The notes beneath the pieces are model-generated. The model was given only the letters and a program-made list of their open reading frames with translations. It was not told the DNA's origin and searched no databases. A DNA stretch of 64,000 nt from a bacterium. Its GTDB lineage: Bacteria; Patescibacteriota; Patescibacteriia; JACQRZ01. Positions 26,270 to 35,765 of the stretch are shown here, one piece after another (the stretch's first letter is position 1; the number at the start of each line of letters is the position of its first letter). The DNA lies in contig JAUYIE010000021.1 in the NCBI GenBank assembly GCA_030688365.1, forward strand, positions 9,866 to 73,865, in the 5' to 3' direction. The translations under genes were made by a program, and so were the position numbers.

Positions 26270-27544
26270 ATGGAATTTGTATCAGAAAACGGACGCGAAG
26301 TTCCCGTCTTCTCTGTGCACGATTTTATTGAGTACACCAATCTTTTGATTGGCAGAAAACAAGTGGTGGTGGAAGGAGAGATCGGATCATACAATGTTAG
26401 TCAAAACAGATGGGTATTTTTTGATTTGAAAGAAGGTGACGCGCGCATGAGCTGTTTTGGGGTGTTGTATCAGTTGCCACGTGGCCTTGTTGATGGTATG
26501 ACCGTTCGTGTGACGGGTACACCGCGGGTACATCAGAAAAGCGGAAAGTTTAGCATCACTGTGGACACTGTCGAGATGATGGGAGAAGGTGCATTAAAAA
26601 AAGCATTTGAGTTGACAAAGAAAAAATTACAAGCTGAAGGGCTTTTTGATAGCGCGCGAAAACGCGTATTGCCACGTTTTCCGCAAACTATTGGTATCAT
26701 TGCCTCGCGAGAGTCAGCGGCCTATACCGATTTTATGCGAATACTTAATCAACGATGGGGAGGGCTGGATATAGAATTGTTTCATGTAAAAGTCCAAGGA
26801 GAAGGGGCGGTAGAGGACATCGTGAACGCGTTTGCATATTTTAATTCTGGTCAATCGGAAGCAGAAGTGATAGTACTGACACGTGGAGGGGGCAGTATGG
26901 AAGATCTTCATGCGTTCAATGATGAAGCAGTTGCTCGCGCTGTGTTTGGATCACGCATTCCCGTGATATGCGGGGTAGGTCATGAACGAGATGAGTCGCT
27001 TGCGGATTATGTTGCGGATATGCGGGTAGCGACACCGACACACGCAGGGACACTCGTCGTACCTGATCGAGATGAACTTAATCGGCAGATCACACACAGT
27101 GTTCAATCTATGAGTCAATATATTGAAGGAAGTATTGAGTGGAATCGTAATGCGATACAGCGATATATGACAACACTGGAACGGAGCGCCACACATACAC
27201 TTCACGATTTTGCTCAACTTGAAAAACGTTTTATATTTCGCATAGAAAGTTTTTCTCAAGAAGCACTTCATACGCACACACGCATTCAGAGTCTGACAGA
27301 GCACGTAATACAGGCGATGGAGCGGTCATTTGAACAAACACGACAGTCACTTGATGGATATACCAAAAGTTTATTACATTTAGGACCGGAGGAAGTATTA
27401 AAACGTGGATATAGTATTGTGCGTCGTCGTGGTAGTCCTATCACAAGCGCAGAAGCTTTAAAAGGGGGAGATACGATTGATATCACATTCAAAGATGGTA
27501 CGCGACAAGCAAAAGCACTTGATAATCAACAATCATTATTATAA
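26270..27544 (+). CDS. xseA: Exodeoxyribonuclease VII large subunit
   Basis: N-terminal OB-fold region (FIEYTNLLIG...VVVEGEIG) plus the catalytic core 'ASRESAAYTDFMRIL' and 'VLTRGGGSMEDLHAFNDE'. Confidence 0.85.
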   Translation: MEFVSENGREVPVFSVHDFIEYTNLLIGRKQVVVEGEIGSYNVSQNRWVFFDLKEGDARMSCFGVLYQLPRGLVDGMTVRVTGTPRVHQKSGKFSITVDTVEMMGEGALKKAFELTKKKLQAEGLFDSARKRVLPRFPQTIGIIASRESAAYTDFMRILNQRWGGLDIELFHVKVQGEGAVEDIVNAFAYFNSGQSEAEVIVLTRGGGSMEDLHAFNDEAVARAVFGSRIPVICGVGHERDESLADYVADMRVATPTHAGTLVVPDRDELNRQITHSVQSMSQYIEGSIEWNRNAIQRYMTTLERSATHTLHDFAQLEKRFIFRIESFSQEALHTHTRIQSLTEHVIQAMERSFEQTRQSLDGYTKSLLHLGPEEVLKRGYSIVRRRGSPITSAEALKGGDTIDITFKDGTRQAKALDNQQSLL

Positions 27545-27553
27545 CAAAGCAAT

Positions 27554-27769
27554 ATGGCAACAAAAAAAGATACATTCAAAGACGCGATGGAGGAGCTGGA
27601 GGGTATTGTAAAACAATTTGAGTCTGGCAATCTTGATCTGGATGAAAGTCTCAAAAAGTTTGAACGGGGACTGGAACTGGCAGAACAATGCAAGAAGCAA
27701 CTTGCTGTGGTAGAAAATAAGATCAAGGAGATCAAGGGAAAGTTTAGTGAGACGGGGCAGAAGGAGTAA
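27554..27769 (+). CDS. xseB: Exodeoxyribonuclease VII small subunit
   Basis: 'FKDAMEELEGIVKQFESGNLDLDESLKKFERGLELAEQCKKQL'. Confidence 0.85.
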   Translation: MATKKDTFKDAMEELEGIVKQFESGNLDLDESLKKFERGLELAEQCKKQLAVVENKIKEIKGKFSETGQKE

Positions 27770-28035
27770 GCAGGGCAAAGTTTTACTTTCAATGAATTTT
27801 TGGAAGTGTTATACTTAAAAGGTTAGCTGTGTGATGTTTCTTTGGAGAACTATAAACCAATGTAGGTGTTCTCCAAGGATCCTTGTTCTGAATTTTATGT
27901 TCTTTAATATATTTTATTAGCAAAGTACGTTTGCCTTGGTCATGGATGGCCAAAGTATCGCCACTACAATAGTAATGATATTTTTGTAACCTGTAATGGC
28001 GGCCATGCTAATAAATTTATCGGCTCGTTTCCTAA

Positions 28036-28067
28036 TAAAAAAGATCTGCTTAATCACAGATCTTTTT
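28036..28067. terminator. Bidirectional intrinsic terminator-like hairpin
   Basis: An A-run, then AGATCTG (28042-48), an 8-nt loop, CAGATCT (28056-62), then TTTTT. Confidence 0.5.
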
Positions 28068-28147
28068 CAATATAAAATGCAAGGTCTTTCTTTATTTTCC
28101 AAAAAATACTCGCTCGGATCATCAAATCACGATACAATAAAAGTATT

Positions 28148-28324
28148 ATGAAACGCGCCATTATAAAAACAGAACGCCGTGAGATATTACGACAAAAAAA
28201 GAACCGTGTGGCAGGTGGTGGTTTTAGTGCGCAGGCAAAACGCGAACAGGTAAACAAAGGATACATCGGCCTTGCAAAAGGGGTCAAAAAGAGCATACTG
28301 TCCCGTACGAATGTCCGGGTCTAA
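28148..28324 (+). CDS. Possible small basic protein of 58 aa
   Basis: The frame from ATG 28148 to TAA 28322-28324 translates to MKRAIIKTERREILRQKKNRVAGGGFSAQAKREQVNKGYIGLAKGVKKSILSRTNVRV. It is below the ORF-track threshold and has no clear Shine-Dalgarno site. Confidence 0.25.
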   Translation: MKRAIIKTERREILRQKKNRVAGGGFSAQAKREQVNKGYIGLAKGVKKSILSRTNVRV

Positions 28325-28355
28325 TATTTATATCCTGTGCGTCCCTATTTTGCCT

Positions 28356-30359
28356 ATGAAATTTGAATTGGTTTCTGATTACAAGCCAGCCGGGGATCAG
28401 GGGGAGGCGATTGAAAGAATCGTGAAGGGGTTTGCAAAACATAAAATGCAGACTCTTTTGGGTGTTACCGGATCGGGAAAGACATTTACGATTGCCAATG
28501 CTATCCAAAAATTGCAGGTACCGACCTTGGTGTTGGCGCACAACAAAACACTCGCGGCACAGCTATATAATGAATTCAAAGAATTTTTTCCAAATAACAA
28601 AGTTTGCTATTTTGTTTCTTACTATGATTACTATCAGCCGGAGAGCTATATGCCTCAAACTGATACCTATATTTCCAAAGAAACGCAAGTCAACGAAAAG
28701 ATTGATCAACTCCGCATAGAGGCGACCGCATCGCTCATGTCTCGGCCTGATGTGATTGTCGTGTCGTCTGTGTCGTGTATATATAGTTTGGGTAACCCGA
28801 TTGAGTTCAAGTCGCATATTGCGACGGTGCACAAAGGGCAGACGATCAAACGCAAGGATTTTTTGCAACAAATGACTGATTTGCTGTATCAGCGCAATGA
28901 TATGGATTTAGGGTCGGGGAAGTTTCGTGCGCGCGGTGATACTGTTGATTTTATCCAAGGATTTGGCGGTGATATGTATCGCGTGCAGTTTTTTGGTAAT
29001 GAGATTGAGAAACTTGAAATCATTGAGCCGATTACATTTACGGTGCGTAGTACGCCGGACACGATCAATATCTTTCCCGCGCGCCCGTTTATGGTGCCGG
29101 ATGAAGTGAAAAAAGGGGCGATACAGGGTATTCGCGATGAGCTGACACAAGAAGCGCCACGGCTTGACATTGTAGAACGTCAGCGTCTGGAACAGCGAAC
29201 GAGTTATGATTTGGAAATGATTGAGCAGTTGGGCTTTTGTAAGGGGATTGAAAACTATTCTCGTCATTTTGATAAGCGAAAAGAAGGGGAACCGCCGTTT
29301 ACCCTGTTGGACTTTTTTTCAATGAATCCGTTTTCAAAAGATTTTTTGCTGTGCATTGATGAAAGTCATGTGAGCTTGCCACAAGTGCGCGGTATGTACC
29401 AGGGCGACCGTACACGCAAGCAGACGTTGGTGGATTATGGGTTTCGTTTGCCGTCGGCATTGGACAATCGCCCACTGAAATTTGCAGAATTTGAAAAATA
29501 TATGGGGCATACGGTGTGCGTGAGCGCGACACCCGGGCCGTATGAACTGGGAAAATCAACACAAGTGGTTGAACAGATTGTCCGTCCGACCGGTCTGACT
29601 GATCCGCCTGTGTTTGTACGACCGATAAAAAACCAGATGGCGGATTTGGCTAAAGAGATCAATAAAACGATCAAGATGGGAAATCGTATTTTGATTACGA
29701 CGTTGACTAAGCGGAGTGCGGAAGATCTTACGGAATACTTGATTGAACATGACTTGAAAGCACGATATCTCCATAGTGAGATTGATACCTTGGAACGTAC
29801 AAAGATTTTGAAAGAACTGCGTCTCGGTGTTTTTGATATTTTGGTGGGTATAAACCTGCTTCGTGAAGGTCTGGACTTGCCAGAAGTCGCGTTGGTTGCG
29901 ATATTGGACGCCGACAAAGAAGGTTTCCTCCGTAATGCGACGAGTCTTGTGCAGACTATTGGTCGTGCTGCTCGTAATATTGATGCAAAAGTGATTTTGT
30001 ATGCCGATCGCATGACTGATTCTATGAAGCAGGCCATGGATGAGACGGCGCGTCGTCGTGAGATACAGATTGCGTATAACAAAAAGCACCACATCACACC
30101 CAAGACGATCATCAAGGAAATCAAGGAAGACTTGGTGATAGATGAGATGAAGGTATATATCAAAGCCGAAGATATCGGAAAATACATCGCCCAGCTTGAG
30201 CAGGAACTACAAGAAGCGGTGGAATTACTTAATTTTGAAAAAGCGATTGAACTGCGCGATATGCTTCACAAAATTCGCAAAGAACAGGGCATTCCCAACC
30301 AAGCGGACTACAGTTTGGATGGGATCAAAAAGCGAGGAAAGATGAAGAAAAAGGGGTAG
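28356..30359 (+). CDS. uvrB: Excinuclease ABC subunit B
   Basis: 'KFELVSDYKPAGDQ', Walker A 'GVTGSGKTFT', a helicase C-terminal domain, and a C-terminal UVR domain 'FEKAIELRDMLHKI'. The start is chosen at MKFEL. Confidence 0.9.
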   Translation: MKFELVSDYKPAGDQGEAIERIVKGFAKHKMQTLLGVTGSGKTFTIANAIQKLQVPTLVLAHNKTLAAQLYNEFKEFFPNNKVCYFVSYYDYYQPESYMPQTDTYISKETQVNEKIDQLRIEATASLMSRPDVIVVSSVSCIYSLGNPIEFKSHIATVHKGQTIKRKDFLQQMTDLLYQRNDMDLGSGKFRARGDTVDFIQGFGGDMYRVQFFGNEIEKLEIIEPITFTVRSTPDTINIFPARPFMVPDEVKKGAIQGIRDELTQEAPRLDIVERQRLEQRTSYDLEMIEQLGFCKGIENYSRHFDKRKEGEPPFTLLDFFSMNPFSKDFLLCIDESHVSLPQVRGMYQGDRTRKQTLVDYGFRLPSALDNRPLKFAEFEKYMGHTVCVSATPGPYELGKSTQVVEQIVRPTGLTDPPVFVRPIKNQMADLAKEINKTIKMGNRILITTLTKRSAEDLTEYLIEHDLKARYLHSEIDTLERTKILKELRLGVFDILVGINLLREGLDLPEVALVAILDADKEGFLRNATSLVQTIGRAARNIDAKVILYADRMTDSMKQAMDETARRREIQIAYNKKHHITPKTIIKEIKEDLVIDEMKVYIKAEDIGKYIAQLEQELQEAVELLNFEKAIELRDMLHKIRKEQGIPNQADYSLDGIKKRGKMKKKG

Positions 30360-30393
30360 TGTGATATACTTATTAATATAAATCTATTTTTTT

Positions 30394-31455
30394 ATGACCC
30401 CAGAAAAAACAAAGAAGATCGTTATTACATTGAGTTTGTTTGCAGTAGTCGTTGGAATAGTAGGTGTGTTGTGTGTTTCTTATCAGGTAATTCGTTGGCA
30501 ACAAAATGTTTTATTGTCTGTCGCTACAAAAACGGACTCACAAATAACGAAGGATGCACCCCCTGTTTCAGAAAATGCAATAGTAGTGGACGGAGATAAA
30601 TGGAAAACGTATACAAGTAAGACCAGTGGCTATGCAATAAAATATCCAGAATCCTTTCAAGTCAAAGAAGAAACGTCTGCAGATACACTATTTTCAACAA
30701 CAGATGGGTACTTTCGCATTAGTACTAAAAACAATGATATAAGCACCGATCCGATTGCCATCAAAGATTCTTATTATAGAAATGATCAATACGGATATCA
30801 ATATCAGGATAGTTTTCCAATTATCGCAGGGGTGAAGTCATACAAACAAGGACGATATGACGGGGGTGTTATGGAACGGTATTTTGTACCCTATAGTGGC
30901 AAGATTTATACCATTGAGTTTGAATTCAGTTTTTATCCTCCCGATCAGGCATTGAGCGATACAAAAATAGCTTTCATCCAGAATGTTATTTCCACTATGT
31001 CGTTTACAAATGATACGACTTCCGACATGACAAAATGGAAGACGTATGCAAATGAAACGTATGGAATTGAGTTTAGATACCCCTCAGATTGGAAAATGCA
31101 CGATCTTATCCCGACTAACGGTAATCTTTTTACTGTTGGTATGGGAGCTCCTGGGCTTGGTGATGACACGGTATGGGTGAATATTTCTTCTCAAAGCGAT
31201 CTGCGCACGGCGATCAATACACATGTCAAAACATATATCACCGGTACAAAAATAGAAAAAGAACAGACATCCGTACTTGGCGGTGCGGGGGGCATCCTTG
31301 TCTATTTAAATGTTGGCGGTAATAGTTCGCGTCTGGACCGGTGGGTATTTGCCGAACATGACACAAAAGTATATAGCATGGGTATTACTAATGATGTCGC
31401 GCCGTATGACAAGGAGTTTTATCAAATACTCTCAACGTTTAAGTTTACAAAATAA
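30394..31455 (+). CDS. Membrane-anchored hypothetical protein with PsbP-like motifs
   Basis: N-terminal TM 'KIVITLSLFAVVVGIVGVL'. Repeated motifs 'YAIKYPESF' and 'YGIEFRYPSDW'. Confidence 0.45.
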   Translation: MTPEKTKKIVITLSLFAVVVGIVGVLCVSYQVIRWQQNVLLSVATKTDSQITKDAPPVSENAIVVDGDKWKTYTSKTSGYAIKYPESFQVKEETSADTLFSTTDGYFRISTKNNDISTDPIAIKDSYYRNDQYGYQYQDSFPIIAGVKSYKQGRYDGGVMERYFVPYSGKIYTIEFEFSFYPPDQALSDTKIAFIQNVISTMSFTNDTTSDMTKWKTYANETYGIEFRYPSDWKMHDLIPTNGNLFTVGMGAPGLGDDTVWVNISSQSDLRTAINTHVKTYITGTKIEKEQTSVLGGAGGILVYLNVGGNSSRLDRWVFAEHDTKVYSMGITNDVAPYDKEFYQILSTFKFTK

Positions 31456-31474
31456 TTTTTTTTGCGTATTTCTT

Positions 31475-32779
31475 ATGACCCCCGACAAAACAACTAAGAT
31501 CGTTATCGCCCTTGGTCTTGTCGCGCTTCTTGTTGCCGCTGGCGGAGTAGGGTATACGTTATATAAAAGTTATCAAGAAAGAGTTATGGAACGTTCTATG
31601 CTTGGATTTCCACCAACATATAATTATGATATAGAAAAGCTAATAGAAAAGACCGACAAACAAACCTATACAAACTCTGATCTTGGTTTTAGTATGCAGT
31701 ATCCCTCTGCGTGGCCAGTTGCGAGGGATATGGAAAAGATTGGCGGTAATCTCCGTACCTACATCCATGACGGTAAGTATATGGAAGGATGTTGTTCTGG
31801 TGTGCGTCTGGAAGTAATAGATATCGCTGAAAAGACATTGTATGAAAAATACTCTGACAAAGAGAACCTCGACATCAAACAATCTTTTACGACGATAAGT
31901 CTCGGAAGTATGACAGTAAACGAATATGTACGGATTACCCACTATGGCGATGACGAACGAGTAACATTTGTGCCATTAGGAAATAAAACATTAGAAATAG
32001 GCCGAGGAGAGAATGATGAGGCGGCGGAACAGATTGTTAAAAGTTTTGCATTTTTGGCAGTTGGCGCACCGAATCAGTTATTGGGCAAGCCGAAACTTAT
32101 AGCCAGCGTGAACGATACCGCGCACTCGCAGAAAGCGCTCTTTACAGAAAGAGCATATGGTACACAAGGCAAATTTGGCATGCTTAACACCTATACCATT
32201 ACTAAATTAACATTGGCAAAAACAGATTCCACGGGCTTGGAGCCGGAGATAGAACTGTTGTCTCTGGATAGTAGAACAGCCGATTACAATCCGGACGATG
32301 AAGAGTTTGGGGAGTACGCGTTTATAATCGGTAATACCTATTTTTCAAAGAGCGGGACATATTTGGTTACCAGCACCGAAGGTTTTATGAACACACGGAC
32401 GGATTATCTGATTGATCTTTCCAGGGCGACAAGCATGCAAAAAGGCCACCTTGCTCTTTCTTTTGATGAAAAAGATGTCTTGTTTATATCCGGCGATGGT
32501 ATACGGATGATACCGATCAATAATTTCATGCAGGGCAAACGTTCAGGCAAGACAGTATTTCAAAGCGAGCTGAATATCACTTATGTCCGGTCGATGGATG
32601 CGGATCACATAGCGTTTTTTACCTATTGCAACGGGAGCAACCCGCCTGAAGATGATGAGTTTACTTACAAAGGAAAAATATATCAGAAGGGGTATTATTC
32701 CCTTGATATAAATACGGGACTTCTCATCAAAAAAACTATCCCCGATGGGGTAGATCTGCATTCAGGGCTGTGCCAATGA
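31475..32779 (+). CDS. Membrane-anchored hypothetical protein, paralog of the preceding gene
   Basis: The N-terminus 'MTPDKTTKIVIALGLVALLV' matches 'MTPEKTKKIVITLSLFAVVV' of the neighbour. 'GFSMQYPSAWP' is also present. The start is taken at 31475; the track ORF runs from 31310. Confidence 0.45.
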   Translation: MTPDKTTKIVIALGLVALLVAAGGVGYTLYKSYQERVMERSMLGFPPTYNYDIEKLIEKTDKQTYTNSDLGFSMQYPSAWPVARDMEKIGGNLRTYIHDGKYMEGCCSGVRLEVIDIAEKTLYEKYSDKENLDIKQSFTTISLGSMTVNEYVRITHYGDDERVTFVPLGNKTLEIGRGENDEAAEQIVKSFAFLAVGAPNQLLGKPKLIASVNDTAHSQKALFTERAYGTQGKFGMLNTYTITKLTLAKTDSTGLEPEIELLSLDSRTADYNPDDEEFGEYAFIIGNTYFSKSGTYLVTSTEGFMNTRTDYLIDLSRATSMQKGHLALSFDEKDVLFISGDGIRMIPINNFMQGKRSGKTVFQSELNITYVRSMDADHIAFFTYCNGSNPPEDDEFTYKGKIYQKGYYSLDINTGLLIKKTIPDGVDLHSGLCQ

Positions 32780-32873
32780 TAAGCATATTATGAATGTTCA
32801 AGATCACATTGTACTTTCTCGTGCAGGGTGTATAAAATAACATCAACAGATATTAATTTGTAAATACTTTGTT

Positions 32874-35069
32874 ATGAAAATAGGTCGTATCATGCTTGCG
32901 AGCGTTTTATTGCTTGGAAGTTTTATGTATGCCGGCAGTTTGTTTGCCGCGACGCAATTTCAAGTTGAAAAAGTGGAGTTGGAAAAAGTCGATGCGATAG
33001 GACAGGATGCTGAAGATGTAAGAACATTTCGTATTTATATCACTGATCCCATAGAGAAAATGACCATTTCGATTTGGGAATATCCGCATACCTCGATTAC
33101 TGATTCCCCATATATGACAACGACAATAAGCGGTTCGTCAGGACTTACTATGTACTATGTCAGCCCCGGATGGTTTACAAAGAAACTGAAGCCAAATACT
33201 TCCTATACCTACCGTATCACAGCGTACAAACACGATGCGACGTCAGATATGAATAACACCTATGAAGGGACATTTACTACGACAAGTTTTAGCCCATTAC
33301 CTGATTTGACGGTGACGAATGTACAGTACTCTTCACCTAGCAACACTACAGGTGAGTCAGGGACTTTGTCTGTGACTATAAAGAATCTTGGTGGTGATTT
33401 GACTAGCGGACAGGGCTTGTATAACTGGTACATGAATTTTAACGCTCAAGATTTTATTTATGATTTAAGCGCATTTAAGAGCAGTCGAAGCATGCCGACC
33501 GTTGCTGATCCTTTGAGTGTGAATGAATCAGTCACTTTTTCGTGGGAAGGGACATTTCGTACCGCAGGTAACTTGTATTTACATTTTACTGTGGATAATG
33601 CCAATGAATTACGGGAGTTTAATGAAAATAACAATACGCTATCAACGACAGTAACAATTAAAAATAAGACCTCTGTCACACGTCCCGAGATTAGCACATT
33701 TAATGTAGGCGACGGGCATGACTATTTGATACAGGGTAATACTATGAATATACAATGGTCATCAAAGAATGCAGTATATTGTATAGCAACCGGGGATTGG
33801 AGTGGAAGAAAGAATGTAAACGGAGTGGAACGTGTGACGGTGCAGTCGTATGGATACAGGAATTATGGACTGCAATGCTATGACAATGACGGGAATATCA
33901 GTATTCCCATAGCGTCAACACTGTTTGCGGGCTCAACATTGAACGCGCCAAGACAGGATGGTGACTTACGTGTTTTAGCTACTCCGGTCACAATCACGTC
34001 GTCTGGCTCGGTTGAAATTAACACGACCTTTAATCAGCAACCCGGCGTCGCAATGATTATATTTACAGAAAGCAGTGCCACTCCTTCTCATCAAGTCGTT
34101 GTATTCCTTGGACCTGACAAGATAAATGGTTCCACGGTAAAGTTTGTGCCACCTCTTCAGGTGAACACTTCATATTTTTATGTTATTACCGCTCAAAGTG
34201 GTAATGTGGCCAAAGATGTGGTCGTACACAACGGCTCGTTGACGACGGCATCTACAGGACAGTTTGAAAATCCTTCCCTAGACAAAAAACCAACAGTATC
34301 CATACCCGAAACTAAAAAAGCAATGGATGCCCGACAAATCGTTGATATTGAGAAAAAAGCAAGCCAATTGCAAAATAATCAAACGGATCAGCTTCTTGCG
34401 GAGTTAAAAGAATTGCGTGATATCGTCAGAGAACAGCAATCAGAGATTAAGTATCTCAAAAAAGTCTCAACCGACTTGCAAAATCTGAACGAACAAATGA
34501 AGCAGGCAGTGACGACATTTGTTACGTATGGCATTGATGATAATACAAAAAGACTGGGTGCGGGAGAGCGCGCCGCGGTGATCAATTCATATAAGACAGC
34601 ATTCAATAAATTACCCGAAACAGATGAAGAGTTACAAGACTTGTTTCGGATTGCAAATGGTCGTTTCCCTTCCCTGACAAACAAAGATGCGGAAAAAAGA
34701 GCAAAAAATGAATTCAGGATGATCTATAAGCGGGTCGCGAATATGGAAAATGCCAATGATCGCGCGGCAATCACCGTGATGGCATACGGCTTGCGCCAGT
34801 CTGCGCAAAACCGGAATCTGAACAGCGAAAGCGCGGCTATTTCCGTGTTTCAAAGAATATATGGCCATGTACCTCAAAAAACAGAAGAGTGGAACACCAT
34901 GCAGGCGATCGCGTATTCAGGCGCATCTCGAAATGCTGACAGGGATAAAGACGGACTTTCTGATGAAGACGAGGCATCCATCGGCACTGATGCGGACAAT
35001 CCTGATACCGATAGTGATGGACACCCTGACGGGACAGAAGTAGATAATGGTTTCAGTCCATTAAAATAA
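32874..35069 (+). CDS. Secreted or surface protein with a signal peptide, beta-rich domains, a coiled-coil segment and a C-terminal TSP3-like Ca-binding Asp-rich repeat
   Basis: Signal 'MKIGRIMLASVLLLGSFMYAGSLFAA'. C-terminal 'DRDKDGLSDEDEASIGTDADNPDTDSDGHPDGTEVDNG'. Confidence 0.6.
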   Translation: MKIGRIMLASVLLLGSFMYAGSLFAATQFQVEKVELEKVDAIGQDAEDVRTFRIYITDPIEKMTISIWEYPHTSITDSPYMTTTISGSSGLTMYYVSPGWFTKKLKPNTSYTYRITAYKHDATSDMNNTYEGTFTTTSFSPLPDLTVTNVQYSSPSNTTGESGTLSVTIKNLGGDLTSGQGLYNWYMNFNAQDFIYDLSAFKSSRSMPTVADPLSVNESVTFSWEGTFRTAGNLYLHFTVDNANELREFNENNNTLSTTVTIKNKTSVTRPEISTFNVGDGHDYLIQGNTMNIQWSSKNAVYCIATGDWSGRKNVNGVERVTVQSYGYRNYGLQCYDNDGNISIPIASTLFAGSTLNAPRQDGDLRVLATPVTITSSGSVEINTTFNQQPGVAMIIFTESSATPSHQVVVFLGPDKINGSTVKFVPPLQVNTSYFYVITAQSGNVAKDVVVHNGSLTTASTGQFENPSLDKKPTVSIPETKKAMDARQIVDIEKKASQLQNNQTDQLLAELKELRDIVREQQSEIKYLKKVSTDLQNLNEQMKQAVTTFVTYGIDDNTKRLGAGERAAVINSYKTAFNKLPETDEELQDLFRIANGRFPSLTNKDAEKRAKNEFRMIYKRVANMENANDRAAITVMAYGLRQSAQNRNLNSESAAISVFQRIYGHVPQKTEEWNTMQAIAYSGASRNADRDKDGLSDEDEASIGTDADNPDTDSDGHPDGTEVDNGFSPLK

Positions 35070-35090
35070 GTATTCTTGCAAAGCGATTAC

Positions 35091-35146
35091 AAAAAGACCC
35101 CCTGCAATCCGCCAGCCGGCGAAGGCGGATCGGGTCTTTTTCTTTT
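35091..35146 (+). terminator. Intrinsic terminator with nested GC-rich stems
   Basis: GACCC pairs with GGGTC and ATCCGCC pairs with GGCGGAT, followed by TTTTtcTTTTT. Confidence 0.6.
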
Positions 35147-35172
35147 TGGGGAAATGAGGTATACTCTTTGCT

Positions 35173-35676
35173 ATGAAAGAAAATCGCAACAATTATGCGT
35201 TTATTGACAGTCAGAATTTGAATTTGAGTATTCGGCAGATGGGGTGGAGGCTGAATTTTGCTAAATTTCGTCAATACTTAAGCGATAAATATGGGATTAC
35301 TCATGCATTTTTGTTTATTGGATTTGTACGGGGGAACGAGGCTATGTATACTCGTTTGCAGAGAGACGGGTTTATCTGTGTATTTAAACCAACTCTCGAA
35401 CTGCCTGATGGGAGTGTAAAAGGCAATGTTGATGCGGAATTGGTACTCCATACGATGATTCAATACCCCCATTTTGAGAAAGCGGTGATTGTCACGGGGG
35501 ATGGTGATTTTTATTGTTTGGTGGAATATTTACGCGATCAAGAAAAACTCTTGAAGTTGCTTATTCCCGATAGACATTCATATTCTGGTCTTTTTAAGAG
35601 ATTGAGTACGCCGGAATACAACATTTTTGATTTTATAGATGCCTTGCGTGGAAAGCTTGAATTTATCAAAAAATAA
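35173..35676 (+). CDS. NYN-domain (LabA-like, PIN-like) protein
   Basis: The N-terminal 'YAFIDSQNLNLS' and 'AVIVTGDGDFYCLVEYL' follow the acidic-residue pattern of the NYN/LabA fold. Confidence 0.55.
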   Translation: MKENRNNYAFIDSQNLNLSIRQMGWRLNFAKFRQYLSDKYGITHAFLFIGFVRGNEAMYTRLQRDGFICVFKPTLELPDGSVKGNVDAELVLHTMIQYPHFEKAVIVTGDGDFYCLVEYLRDQEKLLKLLIPDRHSYSGLFKRLSTPEYNIFDFIDALRGKLEFIKK

Positions 35677-35765
35677 ATAAAAAAGGCTCTTGTCGGGACG
35701 GAACCCTTCGAGAACCTCTTTCGTCGTGATGTATACAATATACCATACTTACTGAAAATGTCAAT

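Noticed and set aside
29435-30187. Minus-strand 250-aa ORF inside uvrB.
   Set aside because: It is antisense to a conserved uvrB and is an artefact of a GC-richer coding region.
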